IMG/VR virus record: IMGVR_UViG_3300031975_001631
Reading direction: 5' to 3' (one strand)
Length of the DNA: 64,000 bases
Origin: a virus
The translations under genes were made by a program, and so were the position numbers. Positions 47,099 to 57,541 of this stretch are shown one piece after another. Position 1 is the first letter of the stretch; each line of letters starts with the position of its first letter. The notes beneath the pieces are model-generated. The model was not told where the DNA came from. It did no database searches and saw nothing but the letters and a program-made list of their open reading frames with translations.

Positions 47099-48038
47099 GC
47101 TTTGCGATCACTTCTTGTACATTAGGCAGGTAGTGGTTTTGTAAGACTGTTGACCAATCAAACTCTTTTGCATACTCAAGGATCTCATCACGATGAGTGA
47201 TGGAGTATTCCCTATTCTTAATTATAGCATACTCTACAAATTCTACATCATCAATCTTAGATTCTGGGATGACTGTGATGAATTCCCTATCAGTATCAAG
47301 GTTTGCTTGAGCAAACTCACTAACCACTACACCAAGACCAGAAGCAAAAGCTTCCATAATTACAAGAGAGTGTGCCTCACCATCAGATAGAAGGACAAGG
47401 TTGCCATAATCAGTTAGATAATCATGAAGATACTCCTTCTTCCATTCACCAAGATAGTTCTTGTTAGGATTAAATTTTTTATCTGCAATGTTACCAGCAA
47501 AGAACAAGCTATCGATAGACTGAAACTTATGCTGACGCTTACGATAGTCAACCTTAGCAAGGTAGATGCTACGATCAGGAAACTCTGGAGTATCAGTAGT
47601 GCGGAACAGATCTAGATTGACACCATTAGGTACGATGAACAATCTATCATCAGGAATATCACCAAGAATATGATATGCTTTCCTAATACCTTCTGACAGA
47701 CAGAACACATTTGGTTTAGTCTGTTGAAACTGACCAAAGATTTGGCCATACCCATTCATCTTGTGGGACTGCTCAAGGTATGCGAAGTGGGTGGTACACG
47801 CACAAGGATATTGAATATAAGGATAGAGAACAACCCAGTCATCGTAATGAATATGCACGAAATCGGGACTATACGCATTGACTCTTTTTATAATTTCTCT
47901 AGGATCTGAGATATTAATGATGTCAACTTCATGACCGAGTTTCTCTAGGGTAAGTTTATAGTCCCAGATAAGGCTCTCTACTGCCCCCCATCCTACTGGG
48001 GGAATAGCAGTCGCGGGACCAATAATACTAAATCTCAT
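47085..48038 (-). CDS. GT-B (GT4-like) glycosyltransferase
   Basis: IPPVGWGAVE, VPNGV, LVIMEAFASG. Confidence 0.75.
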   Translation of the reverse strand: MRFSIIGPATAIPPVGWGAVESLIWDYKLTLEKLGHEVDIINISDPREIIKRVNAYSPDFVHIHYDDWVVLYPYIQYPCACTTHFAYLEQSHKMNGYGQIFGQFQQTKPNVFCLSEGIRKAYHILGDIPDDRLFIVPNGVNLDLFRTTDTPEFPDRSIYLAKVDYRKRQHKFQSIDSLFFAGNIADKKFNPNKNYLGEWKKEYLHDYLTDYGNLVLLSDGEAHSLVIMEAFASGLGVVVSEFAQANLDTDREFITVIPESKIDDVEFVEYAIIKNREYSITHRDEILEYAKEFDWSTVLQNHYLPNVQEVIAKHGQK

Positions 48039-48997
48039 AGCAAAGATTGCAACTTCGGAATGTATTCATAAGCAAGAATATTTTCAAGACCGAATTCGTT
48101 GATACCGTATTCTCTAATCTCTTTTCTATACTGCTTCGATACTTTTTTATTATTGTCAATCACATTGAGAATGTGATCGATGTTATTTATTTGACTCTCA
48201 GGAATCACATCAATCCATGGTTTGGATGTATCCAACTCGGGAGTAATTGCTTCTGAGCAAACAATACCCAATCCACAAATCAATCCTTCTTTAATAACCA
48301 AAGGAGTAGTGTTCTCTACTTCACTCAACAAAACCATGTTTGAATAACATGTAATGTATTCATTAAGCTTTTCTCGAATAACCTCTCCCTTGTAATTTGA
48401 ATTCTTTCTATCAAACTTACCACCAAACTCCATGCGACCCATGAAATCAACGGTATCAATACCTTCTAAAAGATACTGACGCTTACGATCTACAATTTGA
48501 GAGAAGCATAATGTTCTATCCCAACTGGCAAACTCATCGAACTTATATGGATAAGGACGGACACCAAGTTTGCTCAACCAAACACGATTAGGATTAGCAC
48601 CAAATTCCACCCAAGTGTTAAAGTCTTTCTGAGATGAGCAGAAGATATGAAAGTTTCTGTTAGCAGCATACTTCTGTACCACAGGTCCATAGTTATCTTT
48701 ACCCCACATGTGAGGAGTATTAACATATGGGTAGTGACTAGACACTACTAGTTTCTTACATAGAGGAACCAAGTCATCGATGATATCATGAAAGACATCA
48801 TAATGTAGATGCACTACATCATACTTACCATGTTCCACCTCAAACTTAATCAGTTCTCTGTCTGGAGTATTGATAATTTCTACTCGATGACCAAGCTCCC
48901 TAAGAATCAGAGTGTAATCCCAGATGAGCATCTCAACAGCACCCCACCCCTCAGGTGGAATGTTCATAATACCAGGACCAATTAAAGCAATCTTCAT
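48035..48997 (-). CDS. GT-B (GT4-like) glycosyltransferase, paralog
   Basis: IPPEGWGAVE, PLVIKEGLICG. Confidence 0.75.
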   Translation of the reverse strand: MKIALIGPGIMNIPPEGWGAVEMLIWDYTLILRELGHRVEIINTPDRELIKFEVEHGKYDVVHLHYDVFHDIIDDLVPLCKKLVVSSHYPYVNTPHMWGKDNYGPVVQKYAANRNFHIFCSSQKDFNTWVEFGANPNRVWLSKLGVRPYPYKFDEFASWDRTLCFSQIVDRKRQYLLEGIDTVDFMGRMEFGGKFDRKNSNYKGEVIREKLNEYITCYSNMVLLSEVENTTPLVIKEGLICGLGIVCSEAITPELDTSKPWIDVIPESQINNIDHILNVIDNNKKVSKQYRKEIREYGINEFGLENILAYEYIPKLQSLL

Positions 48998-49851
48998 TGA
49001 TAATCCTCCCAATACATAGTTTTCTTAATCTGATCAATAAATCCAGGACTATGATACTTAAGTGAATCTACATTCTCACATGCACTATGGAATGCAAAGA
49101 TCTTTTTATACTCATCTTCCTGAGGATTCTTCCCATAAAATGTATCATCTTGCATCTTCAAATCTTGCTGATCAGCTGCAGCACAATGATTAAAAGATCC
49201 GTTAGTAAATTTGTATCCACCAACTTCATTGAGGGCAAGACAAAGAACTAACTCATCAGTCACTCCAGTATGGGCACCAGGACGACTAAAGATATCTTCA
49301 AAAATTTCATTATACCTTTCAAATAATTTATCATGCTTTTCTTTTTGGAACATGAATGCCCCAGAAGCTCCATAGACATACTCAGAATGATCATCAGGGA
49401 GATACTTAGATAGTCCTGTCCTATCTACAATCACATTCCTAAAATAATCATCCAGTGTAGGAACCCACCAGTGCTGAGTAAGTAAAAAATCTTCTCCTGC
49501 CTCTTCAATCAGCTCATCAATACGATCATTAACAATAACACAATCAGTATCAAGGTAAATACAATGATCAGTCTCTACATGCTTGTAGAGATTATAACGC
49601 TCTGCCCAGGCATGAGGTTGGAACCAATTACGATCATCATCACCGTTCTTAAGATACCTCTGTTTTAGTTTGTCTTCATCAGTGAAAACAATCTTAACTT
49701 TTGGATCTTCAATATCCAAACGATTGTCCATATCAATGATAAGAATCTCATGGTCCTGCTTAACCCGTTCAAGGGACTCACAAGCTCTCATGAGATTCGT
49801 ATAATACTTATCGTCACCGCCGACGATAAAACCAAAGGTTAGTTTACTCAT
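48994..49851 (-). CDS. GT-A (GT8-like) glycosyltransferase
   Basis: IYLDTD DxD motif, TDE. Confidence 0.6.
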   Translation of the reverse strand: MSKLTFGFIVGGDDKYYTNLMRACESLERVKQDHEILIIDMDNRLDIEDPKVKIVFTDEDKLKQRYLKNGDDDRNWFQPHAWAERYNLYKHVETDHCIYLDTDCVIVNDRIDELIEEAGEDFLLTQHWWVPTLDDYFRNVIVDRTGLSKYLPDDHSEYVYGASGAFMFQKEKHDKLFERYNEIFEDIFSRPGAHTGVTDELVLCLALNEVGGYKFTNGSFNHCAAADQQDLKMQDDTFYGKNPQEDEYKKIFAFHSACENVDSLKYHSPGFIDQIKKTMYWEDYQ

Positions 49852-50780
49852 AGCAATTTAAGGAGTCCGTTAATACGATTAACATATGTATGATGCTCTT
49901 TTGTATAGCGCATCTGTCTGAGAATTAATTCTTTATCTTCTCTATACTTTAATCCTGCTTCAAAAAGATCACTAATGTTTTCTTCACAGATAACTTCAGG
50001 TCCAGCAAATTTAGCAAGCTTGGGTGAGTTGGTAATACCTAAATGCCCGTAACTCATAGACTTAAAAACTCTACAAGTTTTGGTGCCCCACCTCTTATGA
50101 GTATCATTTCTAAGATCTGGATTCATAAAAGATCTTTGCATAAGATCTCTCATGACTGATCCATCTAAGGGATTAACCCACGGATTAGACCAACCAGTTC
50201 TCACATCAATTTTAGCACACAATGTTCCAAACTCTTGAATTAGATGGGCATTTTTAAACCTACCTTCATGAGAAATGCTTCCGATAAAATAGAAAGTATT
50301 CTCTCTTGGAATGTTTACCCACTCTTCATCAAACTCTTCTGGCATTAGATCAGTAGCCCATGCAAGATATACAATATCGTACCCCTTCTCTTGTGAAGAG
50401 ATACGATCAATGCAAACTCCAGTATCTAATTCTTCAAAGTCATTTAAATCATGATGGAACTCATAGTTATCTTTGTCCATACTATCCTGGTGATAGCGAA
50501 CATCAACTAGTTTCTTACAGTTGCCAAGATACTTCTCAGGGTTTACGCATACATGAACATAGTAAACGCAACTAGCAAGGACCGGGATATTTTTATCTGC
50601 GTATCCTTCAGTAAAAAACACACAGTCTTCATAATCAAAGTCCGAGTGTTCAGGATATTCATCATCATGGAACCAATGAACTTGATGTCCTGCTCTTTCT
50701 AGGGCCTTTTTAAATCCCTCATGAACATAAGAGTATGTGTCAGAGTGTAAGGGATACCCCCATAGTACACACTTCATCAT
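49848..50780 (-). CDS. Glycosyltransferase-like protein
   Basis: C-terminal RVFKSMSYG...HHTYVNRI GT-B-like tail; island context. Confidence 0.5.
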   Translation of the reverse strand: MMKCVLWGYPLHSDTYSYVHEGFKKALERAGHQVHWFHDDEYPEHSDFDYEDCVFFTEGYADKNIPVLASCVYYVHVCVNPEKYLGNCKKLVDVRYHQDSMDKDNYEFHHDLNDFEELDTGVCIDRISSQEKGYDIVYLAWATDLMPEEFDEEWVNIPRENTFYFIGSISHEGRFKNAHLIQEFGTLCAKIDVRTGWSNPWVNPLDGSVMRDLMQRSFMNPDLRNDTHKRWGTKTCRVFKSMSYGHLGITNSPKLAKFAGPEVICEENISDLFEAGLKYREDKELILRQMRYTKEHHTYVNRINGLLKLL

Positions 50781-51478
50781 ACCCTCCCTAGCATATAATC
50801 TTCTGCTTTTTTAGTTTCTCCATCTACACACTTCATTGTATCAATAGTATGGGATGGTACAAGATCAGGATGAGCCCACCAATCTTCAAAGGGATGCTCA
50901 TCATCTACAGAAATATTATCAGCGATCAAGATGTAGCCATATGACGAAAGATACTCACGAGAAGCATCTCTAACATCAGTACCGTCATTATACGCATCAT
51001 GTTCAAATGTGATTGTAGCAAATTTATATTTGTCAAGATCAATCTTTTTCAATGCTTCAAATGTGACCGCAGCTGGTTCACAATCTACTTGTAAGTAATC
51101 AAAGTTAGGACCAATACCAACTTCTTCAAACAATGCATCAAAGTCTGCAGTGGTAGCATCCCCTACAGCGACCTTTGCACGACGATGTTGATTATATAAA
51201 TCAGCTTCATGATCTTTGATCTCAAGACCAATACCATTCCACTCGAAGCGAGATTCAAGGAGAGCAGTATTGTTAGAAATTACTGGATGTCCAGATCCGA
51301 TCTCAACAAAAGTTCCTTTTGGACGACCATCAGTCATACTCAAAACAAACATATCCTGGTAACACTGCGAGAAGTTCTGGTGACTTACCAGTTCAAGTCC
51401 AGGGAATTTATATCTGAGTTCATCTGCTTTGTCCGCAGTGAAGAAGGTTGGCATTTGCCATGCATTTGGATCGCTCAT
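50777..51478 (-). CDS. FkbM-like methyltransferase
   Basis: SQCYQD, TFVEIGSG, SNNT..LE, DYLQVDCE. Confidence 0.75.
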   Translation of the reverse strand: MSDPNAWQMPTFFTADKADELRYKFPGLELVSHQNFSQCYQDMFVLSMTDGRPKGTFVEIGSGHPVISNNTALLESRFEWNGIGLEIKDHEADLYNQHRRAKVAVGDATTADFDALFEEVGIGPNFDYLQVDCEPAAVTFEALKKIDLDKYKFATITFEHDAYNDGTDVRDASREYLSSYGYILIADNISVDDEHPFEDWWAHPDLVPSHTIDTMKCVDGETKKAEDYMLGRV

Positions 51479-52170
51479 ACTTGATAAGATGAATTATCTT
51501 TGGATAGGTGTACAATTTTTCTTTGGTAGGGATAGTTAGGATAGCATTCTGGGAATGCATAGTCCGGTGCAACAGCAAACACCCTATCGTTGTTTTCAAT
51601 AAAGAATCTATTGAGATGACTTTCATCATGCCATAGAGCAATTATATCATTACTATAATCTTTGTCAACTCTGTCTTTTAAGAGTTTCATCATAGGAATG
51701 ACTGCTTCAATTTTACCTCCCCAGAGGCATCCTTGATAGTATTGAAGAGGTTCTCCCTTCACATAAGCTTCGGATTCAGGATTAGTTTCAAAGGTTCCCG
51801 TACCAGTCAAGTAATGACATGGATGGTGAACAGCAACAAAGTCTTTATCATCATCGAGAAGTTCTTCAGAGAAGACTACAGAGTCAACTCTCATATCAGC
51901 ATCTAGAAAGAGCAACCATTCATGCTCTTTCAGAAGTTCTTCTGCTGTTAAGATAGTGTGAAATCTTTCTAGTGTGATTGCAGGCCAGTCTTTATGCTCA
52001 ATAGGAACAACCGTCATGTTATCAGGTACATCACCACCAAGTTCCCCATCAGTAAAAACATAATATTGTTTTTTCAGATCAGGAAAAAGAAGTTTTTCGC
52101 AAGTCTCATAATATTTCGGAAGGAAATCTAGATACTTGTTTGTCCCAATGAATATAATAGCTACACTCAT
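51475..52170 (-). CDS. GT6 (ABO-like) glycosyltransferase
   Basis: IGTNKY, YYVFTD, FLDAD, HP, YYQGCLWGG, WHDESHLN. Confidence 0.9.
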   Translation of the reverse strand: MSVAIIFIGTNKYLDFLPKYYETCEKLLFPDLKKQYYVFTDGELGGDVPDNMTVVPIEHKDWPAITLERFHTILTAEELLKEHEWLLFLDADMRVDSVVFSEELLDDDKDFVAVHHPCHYLTGTGTFETNPESEAYVKGEPLQYYQGCLWGGKIEAVIPMMKLLKDRVDKDYSNDIIALWHDESHLNRFFIENNDRVFAVAPDYAFPECYPNYPYQRKIVHLSKDNSSYQV

Positions 52171-52976
52171 ATCACTTTCCATCCTTCACAGTACAAATCT
52201 TTTGTATCATTTGTTTTATCTAGAGGAGGTCCGAACCAGGTTTTAGGAGCGATGACTTTCTTATTCTTATTAGTAGAGAGCCACGCTCCCCACCAACTAA
52301 AAGAACTATTTGCAATAATAAAATCACTGCAGAGAGACATCATACAAAGATCAAGATACTGATCATTTGTTTGAGAAACTAAGAATCTATCGTTATCGAA
52401 AGTTGATTCATCCAAACACCATTCGGGATCATCCGAGAAGATAATCACTTCCCGTTCAGGACCGAAGTATGTTAACGCTTCCTTATAGTAATTTATATCA
52501 CAAATAGGATGGTGCGAATAATTAGCATAATCACTACGGCGAATATGAAGAGCGATAGGATTTGTTACATCCATCAACATCTTCTTACAAGGCTCTAGAT
52601 AATCCTCAGTAAAAGTAAAGTCCTTCAGAATATCTTCCCTGATATGTTTGAAATATTTTTCAGACTGAAAGAATCCAAAGAGACTAACAAAGTCTGGACA
52701 ATTATTAAACAGATTCTCATCAAAGTGATAAAACTCTTCTCTAACAATAGGGCGATCAGAATCAATGTACTGAACTTGAAGAGGATTTAAGTCAGTCAAT
52801 TCAAAAGGAACAAACAACTGGTGCTCATTCCATTCATCATCATTACTCTTAAATTTTGAAGGAGGGACACAATAATTAAATCCCCTGTTAGCAGCAATGC
52901 CTTTTACTGCAGCATACTGAAACATTTGATTGGCAAGACGCTCTTTCATCTTGCCGACATAATTAATACCAATCAT
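52167..52976 (-). CDS. GT11 alpha-1,2-fucosyltransferase
   Basis: LANQMFQYA, GFFQSEKYF, HIRRSDY, FSDD, IIANSSFSWWGAWL. Confidence 0.93.
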   Translation of the reverse strand: MIGINYVGKMKERLANQMFQYAAVKGIAANRGFNYCVPPSKFKSNDDEWNEHQLFVPFELTDLNPLQVQYIDSDRPIVREEFYHFDENLFNNCPDFVSLFGFFQSEKYFKHIREDILKDFTFTEDYLEPCKKMLMDVTNPIALHIRRSDYANYSHHPICDINYYKEALTYFGPEREVIIFSDDPEWCLDESTFDNDRFLVSQTNDQYLDLCMMSLCSDFIIANSSFSWWGAWLSTNKNKKVIAPKTWFGPPLDKTNDTKDLYCEGWKVI

Positions 52977-53911
52977 CTTGTTTGAATATCAGTGTTTGCA
53001 GTATACCATTCATAGGTCTTACGAAGACCATCTAGTAATTTATAGTTCGGCTTCCAACCTTTTTCCAAGAGTTTTGTATAGTCTAAGGGACGCTTTGGAG
53101 TTCCATCTGGTTTAGATACATCCCAACAGATGTCTCCAGGGTAACCAGTAACTTTAGCAATCATCTCTGCTAGCTCTTTAATAGAAACATCTTCACCTGA
53201 CCCCACATTCAGCAACTCTGCCTGACTATAGTTATCCATGGCGAAGAGACATGCATCAGCAAGATCATCTACATGGAGAAACTCCCTACGAGGGTCTCCT
53301 GTGCCCCAGCAGGTGACCGGATCGTTACCTTGAGTCCAGTTATTAAACTTCTGCATCATCGCCGGAATGACATGCCCATTCATGGGGTGGAAGTTATCAT
53401 TAGGACCATATAGGTTAGCAGGCATAAGAGAAACACTCTTGAATCCATACTGCTTGTAGTAGGACTTGAGCATGTAGATACCATGAATCTTAGCTAGAGC
53501 ATATGCATCATTAGTAGGCTCAAGTTCTCCAGACATCAACGACTCTTCTTGTACAGGAGTCTCTGCAAACTTAGGATAGATGCATACACTTCCCAAAAAC
53601 AAAAACTTTTTAACACCGCTTTTCCAAGCATTGTGAATTAGATTGTTTTGAATCTGAGTGTTCTGATAGATGAACTCTGCCGAATATGTATCATTGGCGT
53701 GGATGCCACCGACACGAGCAGCAGCATCAAATACATAATCAATTTGTTCATAATCAAAGAAACTTTCTACAGCATCTTGATCCATAAGATCAAGTTCTTG
53801 CCTAGTCCTAGTAACAATGTTTTCATACCCTTCATGTTCTAAACGACGAACAATAGAAGATCCAACTAAACCACGATGACCAGCGACATAAATCTTTGAA
53901 TCTTTTTTCAT
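52973..53911 (-). CDS. fcl: GDP-L-fucose synthase
   Basis: AGHRGLVGS, AARVGGI, YALAK, NLYGPNDNF, REFLHVDD. Confidence 0.95.
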   Translation of the reverse strand: MKKDSKIYVAGHRGLVGSSIVRRLEHEGYENIVTRTRQELDLMDQDAVESFFDYEQIDYVFDAAARVGGIHANDTYSAEFIYQNTQIQNNLIHNAWKSGVKKFLFLGSVCIYPKFAETPVQEESLMSGELEPTNDAYALAKIHGIYMLKSYYKQYGFKSVSLMPANLYGPNDNFHPMNGHVIPAMMQKFNNWTQGNDPVTCWGTGDPRREFLHVDDLADACLFAMDNYSQAELLNVGSGEDVSIKELAEMIAKVTGYPGDICWDVSKPDGTPKRPLDYTKLLEKGWKPNYKLLDGLRKTYEWYTANTDIQTR

Positions 53912-53922
53912 TGTTCTAAGTT

Positions 53923-55173
53923 TCATGGGGCGATTACAACTTCAGGTTCTGGAAGAGGGAACAAGAAACGCTTTCCTTTAAACTTAGGATTCTTAAGGAA
54001 GAAATTTCTAAAGTGCCAAGGTAGAACAATATGAAGATCATATTCATTCATCATAATGTCTTCTTCATCCTTAATAGGAATCCATGTACCAGGTGTAAAT
54101 GATCCATCCTTATCAGGATTAACATCACCAATAGCCTCTACATCATCAGGACCAATCTCCCATGTTTGAAGAGTCACATTACCTTTAGTACTAGCACCTA
54201 GACAACAGATCTTTGCATTATTTGATTTGTAGAAGTCCATGATCTTCCAGAACTGGTCTTTACAATCATTAATTCTCTGAGCAAATTCTTCCCAAGGCTC
54301 AATAGTATCTAACTTCTTTTCAAGTTCTAGAGCGATGATACCAGTGAGTTTAGTTGTACACTCTTTACGCTCACTATTAGTAGCGTGAGTAACAACAACA
54401 GAGATGCTGCCACCATTGACATCATTGAAATCAAAATCAACAATCTTGAATCCCGCTTTGTCCATGATGTATTTAAGTTGTCTCATACCATAGTAAGACA
54501 GATGCTCATGACACACAGTATCAAAAGAATTCTGCTTCAGCATCTCAGGCATGTAGCTCTGCTCAAGAACCCAGATACCCTGAGGATCAAGGACTTCATG
54601 GACCTGACGAGCAAACTCACAAGGATCCTCTAGGTCATAGAACATAGAGAATGATGTAATGACCTTTGCCTTTTGCTTACCAAACCGCTCACGGAAGGCA
54701 TCAGCAGAGAAGAAGTCTGCAATGTAACTCACATGGTCAGGGATAAAATCTCTAAACTTTTTAGAGGTAGGATCAATACTCATGAGCTGAAGATCATGAG
54801 GGAAACAACTTAGGAAGGTGCCATCATTACCAGCAATATCAACAACAATATCACCCGACTCTAGTTTAGTATCCGCCTTGATTTTTTCTGCTTTCTCACG
54901 CAAGTGACGGATCATAGAACCATTCAAACCAGAACGGTATCCATATTCTTCACCATACATGGTAGGAAGATCAAAGGTATGTTCTAGTTGAACATGCCCA
55001 CATCCACCCTTCTTCTCATCGCATTTGACAAGAGCTAAAGGACCCCTATACATTCCAAAGTCAATCGTTTTTGGAAAAATACCAGAGAGATACTGATCAC
55101 CAAGATCGAGTACCGTAACTAGATGTTCGTTACCACAAACTCTACATTTTTCAATTTTGTAAAATTTATTCAT
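53923..55173 (-). CDS. NDP-hexose C-methyltransferase-like
   Basis: CRVC Zn site, [24 protein letters not shown]. Confidence 0.85.
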   Translation of the reverse strand: MNKFYKIEKCRVCGNEHLVTVLDLGDQYLSGIFPKTIDFGMYRGPLALVKCDEKKGGCGHVQLEHTFDLPTMYGEEYGYRSGLNGSMIRHLREKAEKIKADTKLESGDIVVDIAGNDGTFLSCFPHDLQLMSIDPTSKKFRDFIPDHVSYIADFFSADAFRERFGKQKAKVITSFSMFYDLEDPCEFARQVHEVLDPQGIWVLEQSYMPEMLKQNSFDTVCHEHLSYYGMRQLKYIMDKAGFKIVDFDFNDVNGGSISVVVTHATNSERKECTTKLTGIIALELEKKLDTIEPWEEFAQRINDCKDQFWKIMDFYKSNNAKICCLGASTKGNVTLQTWEIGPDDVEAIGDVNPDKDGSFTPGTWIPIKDEEDIMMNEYDLHIVLPWHFRNFFLKNPKFKGKRFLFPLPEPEVVIAP

Positions 55174-56162
55174 TGTCCGTAAATACACATGTCTTGTACA
55201 AGTTCCGAAAAACTAATATCTGGTTCCCATCCGAGGACAGTTTTAGCCTTGGTATAATCACCCAGTAGTTGTTCAACTTCTGTTGGGCGGTAATATTTAG
55301 GGTTGATGCGAATGATGTCTCTGTTCATACATTTACAGAAACCAACCTCATCCAATCCCTCTCCACGCCACTCAATACTGAATCCATAATACTGAGAAGC
55401 TTCTTCAACAAACTCCCTAACACTACGCATCTTACCAGTGGCAAGAACAAAATCGTCAGGAGTATCATGCTGAGAGATCATCCACATACCACGAACAAAA
55501 TCTTTAGCATGCCCCCAATCACGCTGAGCATCCAGATTACCAAGCTCTAAAATATCTTGCAGACCTGCAGAGATCTTTGACAATCCCATCGTGATCTTAC
55601 GGGTAACGAAGGTTTCACCTCTCCTAGGGGATTCATGGTTGAATAGGATACCATTACTAGCATGGATACCATACGCTTCACGATAGTTTCTGACCATCCA
55701 GTAAGAGTATAGTTTTGCCACCCCATAGGGGGATCTTGGATAGAAGGGAGTTGTTTCTTTCTGAGGAACTTCTTGTACGAGTCCATACAATTCACTAGTA
55801 GATGCCTGATAGAACTTACAGGGATGATCTAATAGACGAATAGCTTCCAGAAGACGCAGTGTTCCTAGAGCATCAACTTGACCCACATACTCAGGCATCT
55901 CGAAAGACACCTTAACATGGCTCATTGCACCAAGGTTATAAACCTCAGTTGGTTTGATCTTTTGAATAATACTGATAAGATTACCAGCATCAGTCAGGTC
56001 TCCATAATGGAGATGAATACGATCATAGATATGATCAATTCTATGAGTATTAATAAGAGAAGAACGGCGTACAATGCCATGAACTTCATATCCTTTTTCA
56101 AGGAGAAGTTCTGCAAGGTACGATCCATCCTGTCCTGTAATACCAGTTATTAATGCAATCAT
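55170..56162 (-). CDS. gmd: GDP-mannose 4,6-dehydratase
   Basis: [31 protein letters not shown]. Confidence 0.97.
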   Translation of the reverse strand: MIALITGITGQDGSYLAELLLEKGYEVHGIVRRSSLINTHRIDHIYDRIHLHYGDLTDAGNLISIIQKIKPTEVYNLGAMSHVKVSFEMPEYVGQVDALGTLRLLEAIRLLDHPCKFYQASTSELYGLVQEVPQKETTPFYPRSPYGVAKLYSYWMVRNYREAYGIHASNGILFNHESPRRGETFVTRKITMGLSKISAGLQDILELGNLDAQRDWGHAKDFVRGMWMISQHDTPDDFVLATGKMRSVREFVEEASQYYGFSIEWRGEGLDEVGFCKCMNRDIIRINPKYYRPTEVEQLLGDYTKAKTVLGWEPDISFSELVQDMCIYGQ

Positions 56163-56165
56163 TTT

Positions 56166-56483
56166 TTAATTAAATGTAATAATATCCTGTCCTCCAAGAC
56201 TACTAATAGCTACAGTATCAGCAGCTACAACAGTAGCAGTAGGATTGCCAGTGAAACTAATGCCATCCTGACCCCAATCAAAAGGGCTAGCGGAGGAAGA
56301 ATTGAAAGTAATATTGTCTTCGGAGGACATTGCTTGATCAGCACATGCTTGATCTGCGATAGCACGAAGTCCCAAGTAATGCCGCCAAATTTCTGACAGC
56401 GTTCTAGTATCCTCGTCGTTATTTAGTGCAGAAATAAGTGCATTTTTTACAGAGTCAGCAGCAGTTTGGTAGGAGTTGTACAT
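56166..56483 (-). CDS. Hypothetical protein
   Basis: ORF track; likely start MYNSYQ. Confidence 0.55.
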   Translation of the reverse strand: MYNSYQTAADSVKNALISALNNDEDTRTLSEIWRHYLGLRAIADQACADQAMSSEDNITFNSSSASPFDWGQDGISFTGNPTATVVAADTVAISSLGGQDIITFN

Positions 56484-56485
56484 AA

Positions 56486-56767
56486 TTAATAATTGGATGA
56501 TACGGTATCTTTGGTATAACATGGTACACCATGAGGATCTAGCCACTTAGTATACTCAAAATCTTCTATAGCTAGAAAACACTGGTCGGCATTATCAAAA
56601 AGATAGATGTCAGAGTATTTTTTACTATACTCATCTGCCTTTTGAAGACGCAAGTCAGGCTTATCATTGAGTTGAATGTAACCCTTTTGCACATAGCGAT
56701 AAGGATAACGCTCATGAATAACAAGCGTCTTAGTCGATGCAACAGACTTTGGATCTAGATCATTCAT
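56486..56767 (-). CDS. Conserved hypothetical protein
   Basis: ORF track. Confidence 0.6.
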   Translation of the reverse strand: MNDLDPKSVASTKTLVIHERYPYRYVQKGYIQLNDKPDLRLQKADEYSKKYSDIYLFDNADQCFLAIEDFEYTKWLDPHGVPCYTKDTVSSNY

Positions 56768-56981
56768 TGATAATACCTTCAGTTACAAGATCATTGTACA
56801 GACAGTCTAGCAGAATTTCGTAGTCATCACAAGGATCGTTCTTAAATTGAATTCCCTTTTCCCTGTAATACTTAGTGACCTTACGAAAAACTTTTGGATA
56901 CTGGTGATCTAGATCAACTTGACCTTCAACAGTACTACGAAGAATGTTGATGTGTTTCCTGAACTTAGTAGTGACAGACAT
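56760..56981 (-). CDS. Conserved hypothetical protein
   Basis: ORF track. Confidence 0.6.
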   Translation of the reverse strand: MSVTTKFRKHINILRSTVEGQVDLDHQYPKVFRKVTKYYREKGIQFKNDPCDDYEILLDCLYNDLVTEGIINE

Positions 56982-57049
56982 TGCTCTGTTTGATTACCTT
57001 GTTATTATACCCCATATTTACTGGTTTGAGTAGGACCTATGGACAGTTC

Positions 57050-57241
57050 CTACTTTGGTTTGATCACAAAGGGTGGGTGCCGATCAAACTTATCAATTTG
57101 ATATCCCTCTACCATTGCCTGACGAATGATGTTGTCGTAACTGTGGGAGTGAAGAGGAATGTGACGATGCAATAGAAAATCCTCACAGTCCTCTGCAAGG
57201 CATTCTTTCTGCTCATGAGTCAGGTTATTCAGGTCAATCAT
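57050..57241 (-). CDS. Hypothetical protein
   Basis: ORF track; CLAEDCEDFLLHR. Confidence 0.55.
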   Translation of the reverse strand: MIDLNNLTHEQKECLAEDCEDFLLHRHIPLHSHSYDNIIRQAMVEGYQIDKFDRHPPFVIKPK

Positions 57242-57486
57242 CGTACTTCAAAGTTTAGTTTACGAACTTTGCGTTTGCGTCGGTTCTCTTGGTACTCTAA
57301 GTCATTTCTACTAAGAACATGACTATCCTTAGAATTGTTTTCATTTTTTAACAAAACGACTTCACTAAGATCCATAGCTGTAATTTTGTCATCCAATAAT
57401 GTCATCATATTTGGGCAACCGCAACTCTGACTCTTGGTTGAGCTGGTCAATTCTACATTGCAAATTTTGCATTTGACAGATAGCAT
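57238..57486 (-). CDS. Zn-finger-like hypothetical protein
   Basis: CKIC and CGC; AAGGAG RBS. Confidence 0.65.
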   Translation of the reverse strand: MLSVKCKICNVELTSSTKSQSCGCPNMMTLLDDKITAMDLSEVVLLKNENNSKDSHVLSRNDLEYQENRRKRKVRKLNFEVR

Positions 57487-57541
57487 GTCTTAATAACTCC
57501 TTTATTTCAGATAATTCTTCTTTAATTTTTTTCTTCTTCAT
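57389..57541 (-). CDS. Possible 50-aa overlapping ORF
   Basis: Manual translation MKKKKIKEELSEIKELLRHAICQMQNLQCRIDQLNQESELRLPKYDDIIG; ATGA-coupled to the upstream stop. Confidence 0.35.
   Translation of the reverse strand: MKKKKIKEELSEIKELLRHAICQMQNLQCRIDQLNQESELRLPKYDDIIG

Noticed and set aside
52973-56200. wcaG RNA motif near fcl/gmd
   Set aside because: Genes overlap or abut, leaving no room for a structured leader
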